In this document: piece after piece, positions 34,960-48,056 of the stretch
Layout: every line of letters begins with the position of its first letter
How positions within the stretch are numbered: position 1 is the stretch's first letter
Source of the DNA: Chiloscyllium plagiosum
Taxonomy: Eukaryota
Length of the DNA stretch: 56,870 nt
Direction of reading: 5' to 3'
Assembly (NCBI RefSeq): GCF_004010195.1
Contig: NC_057711.1
Span: 82,985,237 to 83,042,106 of the forward strand
The notes under the pieces: model-generated
What the model was told of the DNA's origin: nothing
Seen by the model: only the letters and a program-made list of their open reading frames with translations
The model's database searches: none
Position numbers and translations under genes: made by a program

Positions 34960-35505
34960 GATTTACAAAAGAATAGCAGAGGTACAGCAAATAATTAGGA
35001 AAGCTAATAGTGTTATTGTTTAGTGCAAAGGGAATTGAATGCTGAAGTAGAGAGGTTATGTTTCTGTTACACAGGGCACTGGTGAATATTGTTTACAGTA
35101 TTGATCTCCTTATTTAAGGAAGGATGTGCATATTTAGAAACAGATCAGAGAAGGTTGACTTATATAATACCTGAAATGGGCAGGTTGTCTTATGAGGAAA
35201 AGTTGGAGAGGTTAGACTTGTATTCACTGGAGGTTTGAAGATTGAGTTAATTTAATTGAAACATTAGATCTTGAGCAGTCTTGGCATTGTGGATGTGATT
35301 CCCTATTGTGGGGGAATCTCCAGGGGTCAATGCTTAAAAATAAGGGGACATCCATCAAGATAGAAGGAGACAATATGTTTCTCTCAGCTTTGACTCTGGT
35401 TCTCTTCCTCAAAAGTCAGTGAAAATAATGTATTTGAATATTTTTAAGGCAAAAGTGCACAGATTCTCAATTTAAAAAAATCAAAAATGCATGAAACGTT
35501 ATCAG
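34960..35505 (+). mobile_element. CR1 LINE 3' fragment, decayed
   Basis: gtacagcaaataattaggaaagctaat..., cagagaaggttgact and ttatgaggaaaagttggagaggtt are CR1 C-terminal motifs. Confidence 0.75.
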
Positions 35506-35519
35506 GAGCTCTTCCTGTG

Positions 35520-37948
35520 GAGGCGGAAGATCAGGGAGAATTTCAAGGTTTCTGGAAGTGTTTGGTTGTGAATCTTACGGGTTCATATGGAATAGTTGAA
35601 GTGGCAGTTAGAGGAAATGAGGAATTTATAGGACCTGGGGGGTTATGATGGATGGCAGTTTCAGGAAAGTAGGAAAACCACAGATATAGGCAGGTAGATG
35701 GGTTACCACTAGGAAAGCTAGAATCCAGGAGTCTCCTGTAACTATCCCCATCTCAAACAAATAGAATGTTTTGGAAAATGTTGGGGTGATGGCCTGTCAG
35801 GGGAATATATCAATGACAGCCAGGTTTCTGGTACTCTGACTGACTGGTTCTACTCTCAAGAAAGGTATATCAGGTTCCAAGCTATCGATTCTGATAGGGG
35901 CCTCTCTAGTCAGGGGTGCAGACAGAGGTTGTTGACGCTGTCAGAAGATATCAGAATAGTGTGTTGCCTCCCTGGTACCAGGATCAAGGATGTCTCAGGG
36001 TGCAAAACATTCTGAAAGGAGAGAATGAACAGTAGAAGGTCATTGTACATGTTGGCACCAACGGCATAAACAGAGAAAGACTCTAGGTCTGCAGAGAGAA
36101 TGTAGGAAATTAGGCAGGAAGTTAAAATGTGCCCTCGAGGATAGTAATATCTGGATTACTCACAGTGCCATCTGCTAATGAGAGTAGGAACAGCAGGTTA
36201 GGGCAGATGAATGCATTGCTAAGGAGCTGGTGTAAGGGGCAAAGATTCACATTTTCAGATCACTGGAATCTCTTGAGGTAGAAGTGATCTTTATAAGAAG
36301 GATAAGTTGCACCTGAATTGGAAGGAGACCAATATCCTGGCAGGGAAATTTGCTAATGCTACTTGGGAGGCTTTAAACCAGTAAAAGGGGAAGGGGGACC
36401 CAAAGAGAGAGTGAGAAAAGAAATAAGTCTGAGGCTGGTGCAGTAGATAAAAGGAGCAAATTAAATTGTCATGGCAGGCAAGAGTACAACAGAGTACCAA
36501 GTAAGACTGTTATACTACATTTATTTCAGTGCAAGAGGCCTGACAAATAAAGCAGGTGAACTTAGCGCATGGTTAGGAACATGGGACTTCAATATCTTAG
36601 CTATTACCGAAATGTGGCTCAGGGAAGGGGAGCTTAATGAACCAGGGTATAGATGCTATAGGACAGATAGAAATAAAGGGGGTGGGGTGGCAAGAGAGGA
36701 GGGGGAATAGTGTTTTTGATTAAGAATCACATTACAGTTGTACTTGTCCTGGGAAAACATCAGTGAAGTTAGATGGTTGGAATGGAGACACAAGACATGG
36801 ATGATCACCATACTGTGATTGTACTAGAGCCCCCCCCCCCCCAATAGTCAGTGGGAAGTTGAGTAGAAAATATGTAAGGAGATCTCAGATAAATGTAAAA
36901 ATAATAGGGTTGTAATGATAGAGGATTTTAACTTCCCAAACATAGACTGAGATGGCTACAGTTATCACAAAGCTAGTCCCTTTTCTTTTACTAAAAGCTG
37001 TTCCTTGGCTCAAGAATACTCTGTCTTTGATTTTTTTCAGATGAGTAATAAACTGTGCCAGGTTCCAATCAGTCTGGTTTGGTACAGCGATGAAAAGGAT
37101 TTTGAGAGACCTTCTGTTTATATGTAAACAGATGAGGCTTCAGGCCAAAGTGGTCATGTTTTAGAAGTGACCAGTATAAGGAAAGGGGAGTGGTCAGCTC
37201 TCTTAGCTGAGCAGTTTAGTTCAGTCTTAAATTGGTGAGGAGTTCAACAGTGAGCTGTGTGGAAACTCTCTCTCTCTCTCTCTCTCTTTCTGCCCTTCAA
37301 CTTCAACCTGTAAGCATGTGTTCCATTTATACTGGGTTTTAAAGGGAGTTTGCTTATTGGGACTGTTGTGTATATTCGGAACAGCATACTTAAGTCCAGT
37401 TTGGATACACTGACTTCTGTAGGGGTTCTTTATTCTGTTCTTTGTGTTTCATTCTGTAATTTTGTGAATACATTTTTGTCTGGTTTAAAATCTAGTAGTC
37501 AATCTAGCTAACTTACTCCGGATAATTTTCACTGTACACTTACCAAAACAAATTGCAAAGTTACAGTCTGAGCTGCCTGCTTAAGAATGTCTTGAATGGT
37601 CTGGCCTAGTCTGTTAAAGGGTAAATAGGTTAGGTCTTTTTTTTTGGGGTGAGTCCAGAACTAGAAGTCATAGGTTTCGGGTGAGAGGAGAAATATTTAA
37701 AAGGGACATAAGGGGCAACCTTTTCACACGAAGCATGGTGCATGTATGGAATGAGCTGCCAGAGAAAGTGGTAGATGCTGGTGTAATTCCAACATTTAAA
37801 AGACATCTGATGGGTATATGAATAAAATGGGTTTAAAGGGGTATGGGCTCAGTGCTGACAAATGGGATTAGATTTATTGAGGATATCTGGTAGGCATGGA
37901 CGTGTTGGACTGAAGGGTATGTTTCCATGTTGTACATCTCTATGACTT
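35520..37948 (+). mobile_element. CR1 LINE with ORF1 SGNH/GDSL-esterase remnant, APE start, large internal deletion and 3' end; interrupted by a solo LTR
   Basis: Decayed IGxSLVRG, VCCLPG, HVGTN and LHLNWKET motifs; APE YFSARGLTNK...AITEMWL; 3' end at 37615-37948. Confidence 0.8.
36963..37611 (+). mobile_element. Probable solo LTR inserted in CR1
   Basis: About 650 bp of non-coding sequence interrupting CR1 acagt|gttaaagggt. It has a TATA-like gtataagg, a (CT)n tract and a poly-A-signal-like aataca. The termini are decayed. Confidence 0.5.
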
Positions 37949-38647
37949 GGACAATCAGTATGATCCATTGATCAGAAATGGAACAGTGGCAGAAAAGCCT
38001 CACGTTCTGAGTGAAGTGTTAAATGGCTCAATGCTCACAATTTTAAACTAAAAAGTAGAAATTTGCTTTTGTGCAGTTGTGGTTACCTTCATGTGCAGAG
38101 TAATGAAAAAAGGTTTTAATCATAGAAAGATAAAACAGAGACCAAAGACCAAAACTGTATCTGACCTCAGCTTAATTTCCGTGTATGGTCCAATGCTACT
38201 CGTGATTTTTGGCCAACCCCACAACAGCATTAGATCCTCTACACGAGTTATTGACGAATGATGAGTAAATGGGAATGGTCCAAAACTCAAGAAGATATTT
38301 CTGAAGCATATAAGAGAAGTTAAGTTATTGTGGTTCAAATGGTGATCTGAAGTGAGTGTGTGATGTTTCAAACTATGGAGTTATGCATTGTTTAATGTGC
38401 TGTCTGAGGACTCAGAAGAAGGCTGTGAAGGTGTAATTTTCACAACAAGGATACAAGATGAGAAAATTCCACTCACAGTAACTGAAATCGTAACTGAATT
38501 TCAGAAAGACCCAGTTCTGAACTGAGTCTACAAATAAGAATTGAATAAATAGAACTAATGCGAAAACAAGGAACTGAAACCATTCTACAATCATTGCAAT
38601 GAGTTGTCACGTGCTCAAGGCAACATTAAGTGGGATTACAGAATGAT

Positions 38648-39000
38648 TTGGAGATGCCAGTGTTGGACTAGGGTGTACAAAGTTAAAAATCACACAATAC
38701 CAGGTTACAGTCCAACAGGTTTATTTTGAAACACTAGCTTTCGGAGCCCTGCTCCTTAATCAGGTGGTTGTGGAGTATAGGATCATAAGACACAGAATTT
38801 ATAGCAAAAGTTTACAGTGTGATGTAACTGAAATTATATATTGAAAACGACCTGTATTATTTGTTAAATCTCTCATCATTTAGAATGAACATGTTGGTTT
38901 CAGTTCTTTCATATGTAAATCGCAGAACATTTAAAAGTTAGATTCTCAAGTGAACTTTAACAATTGGTGTCATGTCAGCCCAGATAATCCATGTAAGATT
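38648..39000 (-). mobile_element. Penelope terminal repeat of a second family
   Basis: Minus strand 38768-38731 reads cac-CTGATTA-a-ggagc-agg-gctcc-GAAA-GC-TA-gtg, a hammerhead core with one substitution, followed by aataaa. Confidence 0.7.
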
Positions 39001-39023
39001 CTGTAAATCCATTTTATTTTACA

Positions 39024-39832
39024 GAAGGAATTGGGAATATGGGATGGCAGACATTCACTATAAACCGACTGACTCCCACAGCTACCTAGATTACACCTCC
39101 TCCCATCCTGCCCCCTGTAAAAACGCCATCCCATATTCCCAATTCCTTCGCTTCCGCCGCATCTGCCCCCAGGAGGACCAATTCCAATACCTAATATCCC
39201 AGATGGCCTCCTTCTTCAAAGACCGCAATTTCCCCTCAGATGTGGTTGATGATGCTCTCCACCGCATCTCCTCCCAACCTCCACTCCCGGCACCTTCCCC
39301 TGCAACTGCAAGAAATGCAAAACTTGCGCCCACACCTCCCATCCTCACTTCCCTCCAAGGCCCCAAGGGACACTTCCATATCCGTCACAAATTCACCTGC
39401 ACCTCCACATACATCATTTACTGCATCCGCTGCACCCGATGTGGCCTCCTCTATGTTGGGGAGACAGGCCGCCTACTTGCAGAACGTTTCAGGGAACACC
39501 TCTGGGACACCCGCACCAACCAACCCAACCGCCCCGTGGCTGAACACTAACTCCCACTCCCACTCTGCCATGGACATGCAGGTCCTTGGCCTCCTCCATC
39601 GCCAGACCATGGCAACACGACGCCTGGAGGAAGAGCGCCTCATCTTCTGCCTAGGAACCCTCCAACCACAAGGGATGAATGTAGATTTCTCCAGCTTTCT
39701 CATATCCCTTCNNNNNNNNNNNNNNNNNNNNNNNNNNNNNNNNNNNNNNNNNNNNNNNNNNNNNCTGAAACGTCGATTCTCCTGCTCCTTGGATGCTGCC
39801 TGACCTGCGCTTTTCCAGCAACACATTTTTCA
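39024..39832 (+). mobile_element. Penelope element 3' region (RT thumb plus GIY-YIG endonuclease) with short 5' inversion; contains a gap
   Basis: DIHYKPTDSHSYLDY...NAIPYSQFLRFRRIC and IIYCIRCTRCGLLYVGETGRLLAERFREH. 39024-39048 is the reverse complement of 39125-39149. Confidence 0.93.
39712..39764. other. Assembly gap (N run)
   Basis: Run of n. Confidence 1.
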
Positions 39833-41235
39833 GTCCTATTTAATGTAACCATAGAAACAAACTCTCAAAATTGTCTTTTCAGTTCTGGTTATGGTCATGG
39901 TCAAGTAAAATAAGCTTAGTGAACTCTTAGGAAAACTTGTCATTTTCCTTTTCCAGTCATCCAAAATCATTCAACATGAATCAATGTAAAGTATATGGGT
40001 TAAAAATCAACACCAAATGGAGAATTGATGAGTTACGGCCAATATGTCGCAGATTGCTCAAGGCGCTTGTCTCAGATGATGAACTCAATTTCCTTCCAAA
40101 CTTTTATGAGTCAGATGGTATCAAACTCATCCTCACTCCTCCTTTTCACCCGTCATCAATAGGATAGAGAAAGATGGCATCAACCATAAGTTCATGAGAT
40201 GTAGAGCCAAGGTAGCCATTCTGCCCATTGAGTCTGCTCTGCCATTCTTTGAGATCATAGCGATCTGATAATCCTCAAAAAAAAAAATCCAAAGAACTGC
40301 AGATGCTGGAAATCAGAAACAAAAACACAAATTACTGGAAAGTCACAGGCTGGCCATGTTACTGATAAGGGAGAATATCACAGACATACTGACTGCGGAT
40401 ACTTTGGAACGCTCATCCAACAAGATCATATGGGGAGAGCTCAGCAGTATGAAGGGTGGAAACACATTGATGGGATTGTGCTACTGGCCTCTCAACAATC
40501 AGCAGAAGATAGAGGAATAGATATGTGGACAAATTATGCAAAAATGCTGTGGTGGGTGATTTTGACTTCTGGGCATTGACTGGGCCTCCCTCAGTGCCAG
40601 GGCTTCGATCAGGAGGAATTTGTGTCTAGAGGGTTTCTTGAAGCAACATGTAAATAGTCCAACCAAGAAGAGGACGTCCTTGACCTGATATTAAGTAATG
40701 AGCCGAGCCAGGTGATCAAAGTTTCAGTGGGGCAGCATTTCGGGAACTGTGAACATAATTCTATACATTTTAAGTTACTTCTGATAAGCATAAGAGTGGG
40801 CAGAAACTGGGTAATGTCAATTGGAGGCAGCTGTTTCAGGTTAAATCCACGTCTGTCATATGGGAATCTCTTAAATGCCAATTGATTCAAGTTCAGGACG
40901 AGCATTTTCCTGAGAAAATGAAGGATAAGGACAAAAAGATCTTAAATGACAAAATAAAATTGGGGTGTTAGTTATAAAGATAAAGGATGCATATATAAGG
41001 TTTGGGACACTGAAGACAAACAGAACCCTCAAAGAAAATAAAGAAATCAGGAAAAAATTTAAACAATAAGTTAGGAGGGCTAAAAGGAACCATGACATGT
41101 CGGTAGCAAGCAGAATTAAGGAATATTCCAAAGTCTTTTATATGTATATATGGAACAAGGAGATTGCTAGGGAAAATATAGGTTCAGTCAAGGACAAAAG
41201 AATGGAACTAGAAGACGTGGGTGAGGTTTTTGTCT

Positions 41236-44200
41236 AATTCATTTGTGGGGTGTGGCTGTTGCTGGCTGACTACCATTTATTACCTGTCCCTAGTTGCCCT
41301 TGAGAAGGTGGTGGTGAGCTGTCTATTTGAACCACTGCAGTCTACCTGCTGTGGTTGACCCACAATGCCATTCAAGAAGAAATCCAATATTTTGACCGAA
41401 CAACAGTGAAAAAACAATGATATATTTCCAAGTCAAGATGGTGAATGGCTTGCAGGGAAACTTGCAGGTGGCAATGTTCTCGGGTATTTGCTGCCCTTTT
41501 CCGTCTAGATGGAAGTGGTCATGGATTTGGAAGGTGCTGTCTGTGGTTCTTTGATTTTATGTCGTGCATCTTGGACAGGCTGTGAGGCGTCAGGAAGTGA
41601 GTTACTCACTGCAGTATTCTTAGCCTCTGACCTGTTCTTGTAGCTACTGTGTTTATGTAATGGGTCTAGTTCAGTTTCTCTTCATTGATAACCTCAAGGA
41701 TGTTGATCATGAAGGATTCAGTATGATAACACCATTGAAAGTCAAGGGTCAGTCATTAGATTCTTTCTTATTGGTGATAGTCATAGTCTGGTCTTAGTGT
41801 AACACTAATGTTACTTGTTTTTTTTGTGAGCCCATGCCTGGATATTGTCCAGTTCTTGATGCAATTGAATATGGATTGCTTCAATTTCTCAGGAGTTGCA
41901 AATGGTACTGAACACTGTGCAATCATCAGCAAACATCCCCACTTCTGGCCTTGTGATGGAGGGAAAATCATTGATCAAGCAGCTAGAGATGGTTGGGCCT
42001 AGGACACTACCTAGAAGAACTCCCACAGAGATGTCCTGGAGCTGAGCTGATTAACCTCTGACAACCATGACCACCTTCCTTTGTGACAGGTATGACTCTA
42101 ACCACTGAAAGGTTTGCCGCAGATACCCACTGATGCCAGTTTTGCTCGGATGCCACATTCGGTTGAATGCAACCTTGATGTCAAGGGCTGTCACTTTCAC
42201 CTCACCTCTGGAATTCAGCTCTTTGTCCACATTTGAACCAAGGCTACAATCAGGTTAGGAGCTGAGTGGCCCCGAGTGGAACCCAAACTGAGTGTCACTG
42301 AGCAAGTTATTGCTGAGCAGGTGCTGTTAAAAGCACTGTTGATGACACCTTCCATCACTACTGTTGATCAAGCGTAGATTGATGGGGCAGTAATTAGTCA
42401 GGTTGGACTTTTCCTCCATTTTGCATATAGGACATATCTGGGCAATTTTCCACATTTATTGGGTAGATGCCAGTGTTGTAACTGTACTGGAAGAGCTTGG
42501 CTGGGGAACAGCAAGTTCTGGAGCACTGGTCTTCAGTACTATTGTGAGAATTTTGTCAGGGCTCATGGCCTTTGCAGAATCTAGTGTCTTCAAATGTTTC
42601 TTAATATCACATAGAGTGAATCAAATTTGTTGAAGACTAGTATCTGTAATGCTGGGGACCACCAAATGAGGCCAAGGTAGATGATCCACTTGGCACTTCT
42701 GGTTGAAGATTGCTGTGAATGCTTCAGCTTTATCTTTTGCTTTGATGAATTGGACACTTCTATCATTGAGGATGGGGATATTTGTCAAGCATCCTCCTCT
42801 AGTGAGTTGTTTAATTGTCCACCACCATTCCTAACTGGAAGTGGCAGGTCTGCAGAGCTTAGATCTGATCTATTTATTGTGAGATCACTTAGCATGTGCT
42901 GTTTGGCACACAAGTAGTCCTAATTGATAGATTCACCAAATTGACACCTCATCTTTAGATATGTCTGGTGCTGCTTCTGGTATTACTCCTGCAACCCCCA
43001 TTAAACCAGGGTCAATACCTTAACTTAATGTTAATGGTTGAGTCAGGGGATTTGACAGGCCATGAGGTTACAGGTTGTGCTGGAGTACAATTCTGCTGCT
43101 GTTGATTTCTTGCAGCACCGCATGGATGTCCTGTCTTGAGTTGTTAGATCTATTCAAAGTCTGCCCCATTTTGCATGTTGGTAGTGCCACCTACACAATG
43201 GAGGGTGTTCTCAACATTCGTCTCCACAAGGACTACATGGTGGTCGCTCTTACCAATACTGTCATGGACAGTTGCATCTACAGCTAGCAGATTGATAAGT
43301 ATGAGATCAAGTTTGTTTGTTTCTTATTGGTTCTTAATAGTTCCCTCATCACCTGCTGCAGACCCAGTCTAGCAGCGATGTCGTCTAGGGCCTGACCAAT
43401 TCCATTAGTAGTGCTGTTGTCAAGTCACTTGTGGTGGTGGATATCCAGAGTACATTTTGTGTCTTGCCACCTTTTAGTGCTTCCTCCAAGTATTATTCAA
43501 CATGGAAGAATGCTGATTCATCAGCCAAGGGAGTTTAGTATGTGGTAATCAGCAGAAGGTTTCCTTGCCCTTGTTTAACCTGAAGCCATGAGACTTCAAA
43601 GGGTCTGCAACAATGTTGAGGTCTCCTAGAACAACTGCCTCCTGACTGTATACCACTGTGCCTCCACCACTGCTGGGTCTGTCCTGCTGGTGGGACAGAA
43701 CATATCCAGGGATAGTGATGGTGGTGGCTGGGACATTGTCTGTAAGATATGATTCCGTGTATATCTTTATATGTTGTTTGGCTTGTCTGTGAGACCACTC
43801 TCCCAGTTTTGGCACTAGCCCCCAGATGTTAGTAAGGAGGACTTTGCAGCGTTGTTTCTACCATTGTTTTTTCCAGTGCCTAGGTCACTGCCAGATGAAC
43901 TGTCCGGTTTCACTTCTTTGAGACTTCATAGTGATTGATACAACTGAATGACTTGCAGGGCCATTTCAGACAGCAATTGAGTGTCGACCACATTGTAGTG
44001 GGTCTGTAGTAGGCTGGGTGAGGATGACAAATTTTATTCCCTGAAGAGCATTTGTGAACCAGATGAATTTTTTCGATAATTGACAAGTTTCATGGTCATC
44101 GTTGAATTCTTAAATCTAGATTTTTTTCTTTGTTATTGAATTCAAATTCCAACATCTCCTGTGGTAGGATTCGCTCCCGGGCCCCCTGAACATAAGCTGA

Positions 44201-44250
44201 GTTACTGGATTAATAGTCGCGTGATAATACCACAATGCCATTGCCTCCCC
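41236..44250 (-). mobile_element. CR1-clade LINE lacking ORF1, with tRNA-derived SINE (Deu/SacSINE1-like) 5' end
   Basis: The 5' end has A-box-like TGGCATTGTGG (44240-44230) and B-box-like GGGAGCGAATCC (44178-44167). The APE starts at about 43845 (KVLLTNIWGLVPKLGE...TESYLTD...DRPSSGGG). The RT region near 41900-42030 reads GSVLGPTI...FADDC. The family 3' tail is present. Confidence 0.85.
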
Positions 44251-44431
44251 ATGCATGAATACTTTGCAGCTGTATTCAGAAAGGAGAAGGACATAATGGA
44301 TGGTAGAGCCAAAGCGGGATATGTTGATATTCTAGGACATGTCAATATAAAAAAAGGAGGATATTGGGTGTTTGAAAAAGCATTTAGGTGGACAGGACTT
44401 GATGGGATCTATCCCAAAATACTGAGGGAGG

Positions 44432-44727
44432 CAAGGGATGAAATTGTTGGGGTCTTATACAAAAGCTTTGTGTCCTCTTTAGTCACAGGAGAGGTCCCAG
44501 AGGACTGGAGAACAGCCAATTTCTTTCTTTCTTTGTTTAAGAAGGGCAAGAGGGATAATCAGGGAAATTATAGGCTGGCCAAGGGATGAAATTGTTGGGG
44601 TCTTATACAAAAGCTTTGTGTCCTCTTTAGTCACAGGAGAGGTCCCAGAGGACTGGAGAATAGCCAATTTCTTTCTTTGTTTGTTTAAGAAGGGCAAGAG
44701 GGATAATCAGGGAAATTATAGGCTGGC
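44432..44727 (+). repeat. 148-bp tandem duplication inside CR1
   Basis: 44432-44579 is repeated at 44580-44727, with 2 mismatches seen and ggcaag microhomology. Confidence 0.95.
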
Positions 44728-45779
44728 AAGCCTTACATGAGTGATAGGGAAATTATTGGAGAAGATTCTTAGGGACAGGATTTACTAGCATTTGGAAAAG
44801 TATGTATTTATTAAAATAGGCAGCATGGATTTGTTGGGGGAGGTGGTGTCTCAAACATTTGATAGAGTTTTTCGAGTATGTGACAAAGATGATTGATAGA
44901 TGAGGGCAGGGTGGTGGATGTTATCTACATGGACTTTAGAAAGATCTTTAACAAGGTCCCTCATGGCATGCTGATACAGAAGGATCCACAGTGAGCTGGT
45001 AAGATGGATACAGAACTGGCTGCTTGGTCATAGAAAACAGAAAGTAATGATCAAAGTGTATTTTTCTGACTGGAGATTTATAACCAATTGTGTTTGACAG
45101 AAATCAGTGCCAGGACCCCTGTTGTTTGAGGGAATGTGCCAGACAGAGGGAACATAATTCATGTGTAAAGATCCCATTTTCCCAATTTTGAGTTCATAGA
45201 TGAAGTTAGTGGCAGATAGGTTTACCACTTATTTTCATAACATGAATGTTCATGAATTGGGAAACGCTAAGTTCTACCTGCAAGAGTAACAAAGCAGCAA
45301 TTAAGAAACTTGTGCCTCCTATTTCTTTCTGTTGGCTATCTAATGGCATGCACCACATGAGATTATTTAATCTTTGGATCCGAGGTGAAGTTTTGCCTCT
45401 GATTAACTCAACAGTACAGTAGTTGGAATCGGGAGAAGTTGGTCAGTCCAGCAGTCACAGGGGGATGTGGGGGTGAAGGTCAGAGTGGGAGATACTGGTG
45501 AAGTTGAAAGTTGTGATTATTGGATCCTCAAACAGTGCAGCAGTTAGCCTAGCAAAAAGGGTTGTGCTAGTGATTAGTCCTCAAATGGCAGCACTGAAAG
45601 GCATGAAAGGTTTGGGGATAGGGGTTAAGACTATGTATGAATATTCATTTTATCTGATCTTGTGACCTTTTAATATTGCTCTTCCATGTCCTCATTGGAG
45701 TCATGGATCTCAAAATAAGGCAAAGGTCTGAACCAGTCTCTAGGTCCCAATTGTCACAGTCTAACATCATGGAAGAACA

Positions 45780-46860
45780 GGTTAGAGTGGGAAGGGCATC
45801 ATGTTGGCTACTGTCTATCATGCACGGTTCAGCACTAGAGATTACCTTCATAACCAACACACAGGAAAATCTAAATATGAGATCCTATGTTCTTTGATAA
45901 GCTATCATTTCTGTGAACAATAGTCAACTTTGTGCACTATCAACAAGCGAGGTGAGTTCTCTGGTCATTCTATTTTCTCTTCAAGGTCAGCAACAGGATC
46001 AGAGATGTACCATCTTCTGCATACACCTGTCCACCTCAGAGAAGGAGGAGATGTCTGGCAGTGTGCACCATTAGGCCATTCCCTTTGCACTCTTCAATAG
46101 TGCAGATGTTTTCATGAATATGGTTATATGGACATGAGTAGATTCAAGATGAGTCAAAATCTAGTGCAAACACCAGGCCACTCTTGGACACTATCAGAGC
46201 TGAGGGCACTGACACGCAAGAGCATGGGTATCAAGGCTCATGATGAGCTCCATAATGATGACTTACCTCTGGAGTTGTCAGTAAAATGGCAGATGCTGGA
46301 AGTTCAACAAAGCATGCTTGAAGATGTGGTGGAGGTTATACACTCTCTGGCCAGTACAGTGGAGGAATGTATCCAGGCCACAAGCACTGCAACCTCCCTT
46401 TCATCTGCGTGTAAAGTCTTGTCAATTAGTACACACCTGGAGAGCTCTATCCAGCCTATCACTCAGTAGATGAAGATGTATGTGCCCAGCTGCATACCAT
46501 TGTCTTGTCCGTGAGCTCCATAAAGCCCTCGTAAGGCAAGAGGGTGACAAAGCACCTGGACCTGGGCAATAGAAAATGCAAATGTGCCTTACAAGAGGGA
46601 AGCAATCAGAGCTCTTCTCAGATGTGAGCAGTGGCTCCTCTGTCTGTCCACCAGTGACATCAGTGCATCCAGCCCTCACAAAAAGAGAAGGCAGTGCAGG
46701 AGCCCCTGAGCATAATGGAGCAATCTAGCAGACACAGGAAGTTCATCAAAACCCTCCCTTCCCACATGCAGCAAAGTCAGCAGCCTGTTTCTACCACAGG
46801 TGGCAGTGAAAGATAAGCTTAGGACAACTCATGAAAGAATTAAGAAAACACATTTGATGT
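45780..46860 (+). mobile_element. Possible decayed Harbinger Myb/SANT-ORF remnant
   Basis: Coiled-coil-like DDLPLELSVKWQMLEVQQSMLEDVVEVIHSLASTVEEC followed by a low-complexity tail. No TIRs identified. Confidence 0.3.
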
Positions 46861-48056
46861 ACTTGCTCATGGGTAATTTGATAGTTAATGCTTCTGTTCT
46901 GATGTCTGATGAGTTTTGTCAGAAGTACCTTGTTTGGTTTCTGCAAGTTTCAATTTATTGCTGGTAGCTCACTGGCAGTGCAAAGGACCCCAAAGGCTGA
47001 CAAAGCATATGTGATCATTTTATGTATTGCAGAAGCAGCAAGTATCTGCAACCAAGGCATTTGGGGCTTAGGGCAAAGGTGATTGGCTACAGCATATTTT
47101 GAATGTGGAGCTTTATTTGCCTGTATGGCTGCAGTGGGAAGGGCTAACTGAATCACATGCACCTCCTATGCCTCTCTCATCTATATCTTGTTGCCCTCCT
47201 TGTAGATATAAATTCTCCATTGTGGTGTCATTCTAATAACTTATTTTGCATCCTCAAGTATATTATATATTTATAATATGGAGACTCAAAGTGCTCAAGG
47301 TTCTCTCTCAGTTGAAGATAACTTTGCTGCTTTTCAATTCTATCCCTCTAGAAAGGAACCTTTTTTGGCTTGCTATTTAATGGCTTTATTAGGCGATAGT
47401 GATTTGTGCATTTGTTGCAAACAGACTGAAACAGGTCAGTAATGAATAATTCCCCAGGGATGACTCAGTAGTAAAAAGAAGATACAATGATTTCACTGTC
47501 ATATCTAGAGTTTTACAGTTTGAATATTCTGATGTTCAGGTTCATTCTGCTAATATCGAGAAAATGGACTCCAGCCAAACAATCATAGTTATAACTGAAG
47601 CAAGGGAACACTCAAAATTAACAAGATGCAAAGACTTAAAGCAAGGACATTGCATTGGAGTTATGATTCATCTGAAGTAATGTTGACTTTGCAGTTTCTC
47701 AGCATGCAGCTGTATTATTCAAATTGCTTCCAGTAAATTTTTAAACTCTTTCATATGAGTCACTGATGAACCATTATGTTTACTTTTCAATTTAGATAAC
47801 GGTGCTGAAAGAATGTATTCTGGGGTTATTTTGTTGAAATGGTCAAAACAGGAAATAATGAAGTGCATGGTTTAAAAGTCTAGATTTAACAAGTCATTTT
47901 TGGCTGAATGGCTGATTCCCATGATTTAAACTTGCCTAGAGATGCTAATACAGGTACTTTCAGGTTTGGCAATTTTCATAGAGGAGAGATATGGACTCTA
48001 CTCATCCATTTCCACTGAGAGTTTAGGGTGCATTGGCTGACCCACTGCAGAATATT

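Larger units (their letters stand above)
38100..40190 (+). mobile_element. Decayed Gypsy pol fragment (RT/RH connection to integrase) split by Penelope insertions
   Basis: WEWSKTQE, QKDPVL and ELKPFYNHCNELS, then the integrase core LVSDD...GIKLILTPPFHPSSIG. Confidence 0.6.
40350..45130 (+). mobile_element. CR1 LINE ORF2 remnant split by the 3-kb SINE-headed LINE
   Basis: APE remnants at 40350-41230 continue at 44252 with EYFAAVF, GLDGIYPKILRE, VPEDWRTAN and YMDF.K.FNKVPH. Confidence 0.85.

Noticed and set aside
44165..44250. Functional tRNA gene
   Set aside because: Only degenerate A and B boxes with no convincing cloverleaf. It is a SINE-type head, as is 2570-2640.
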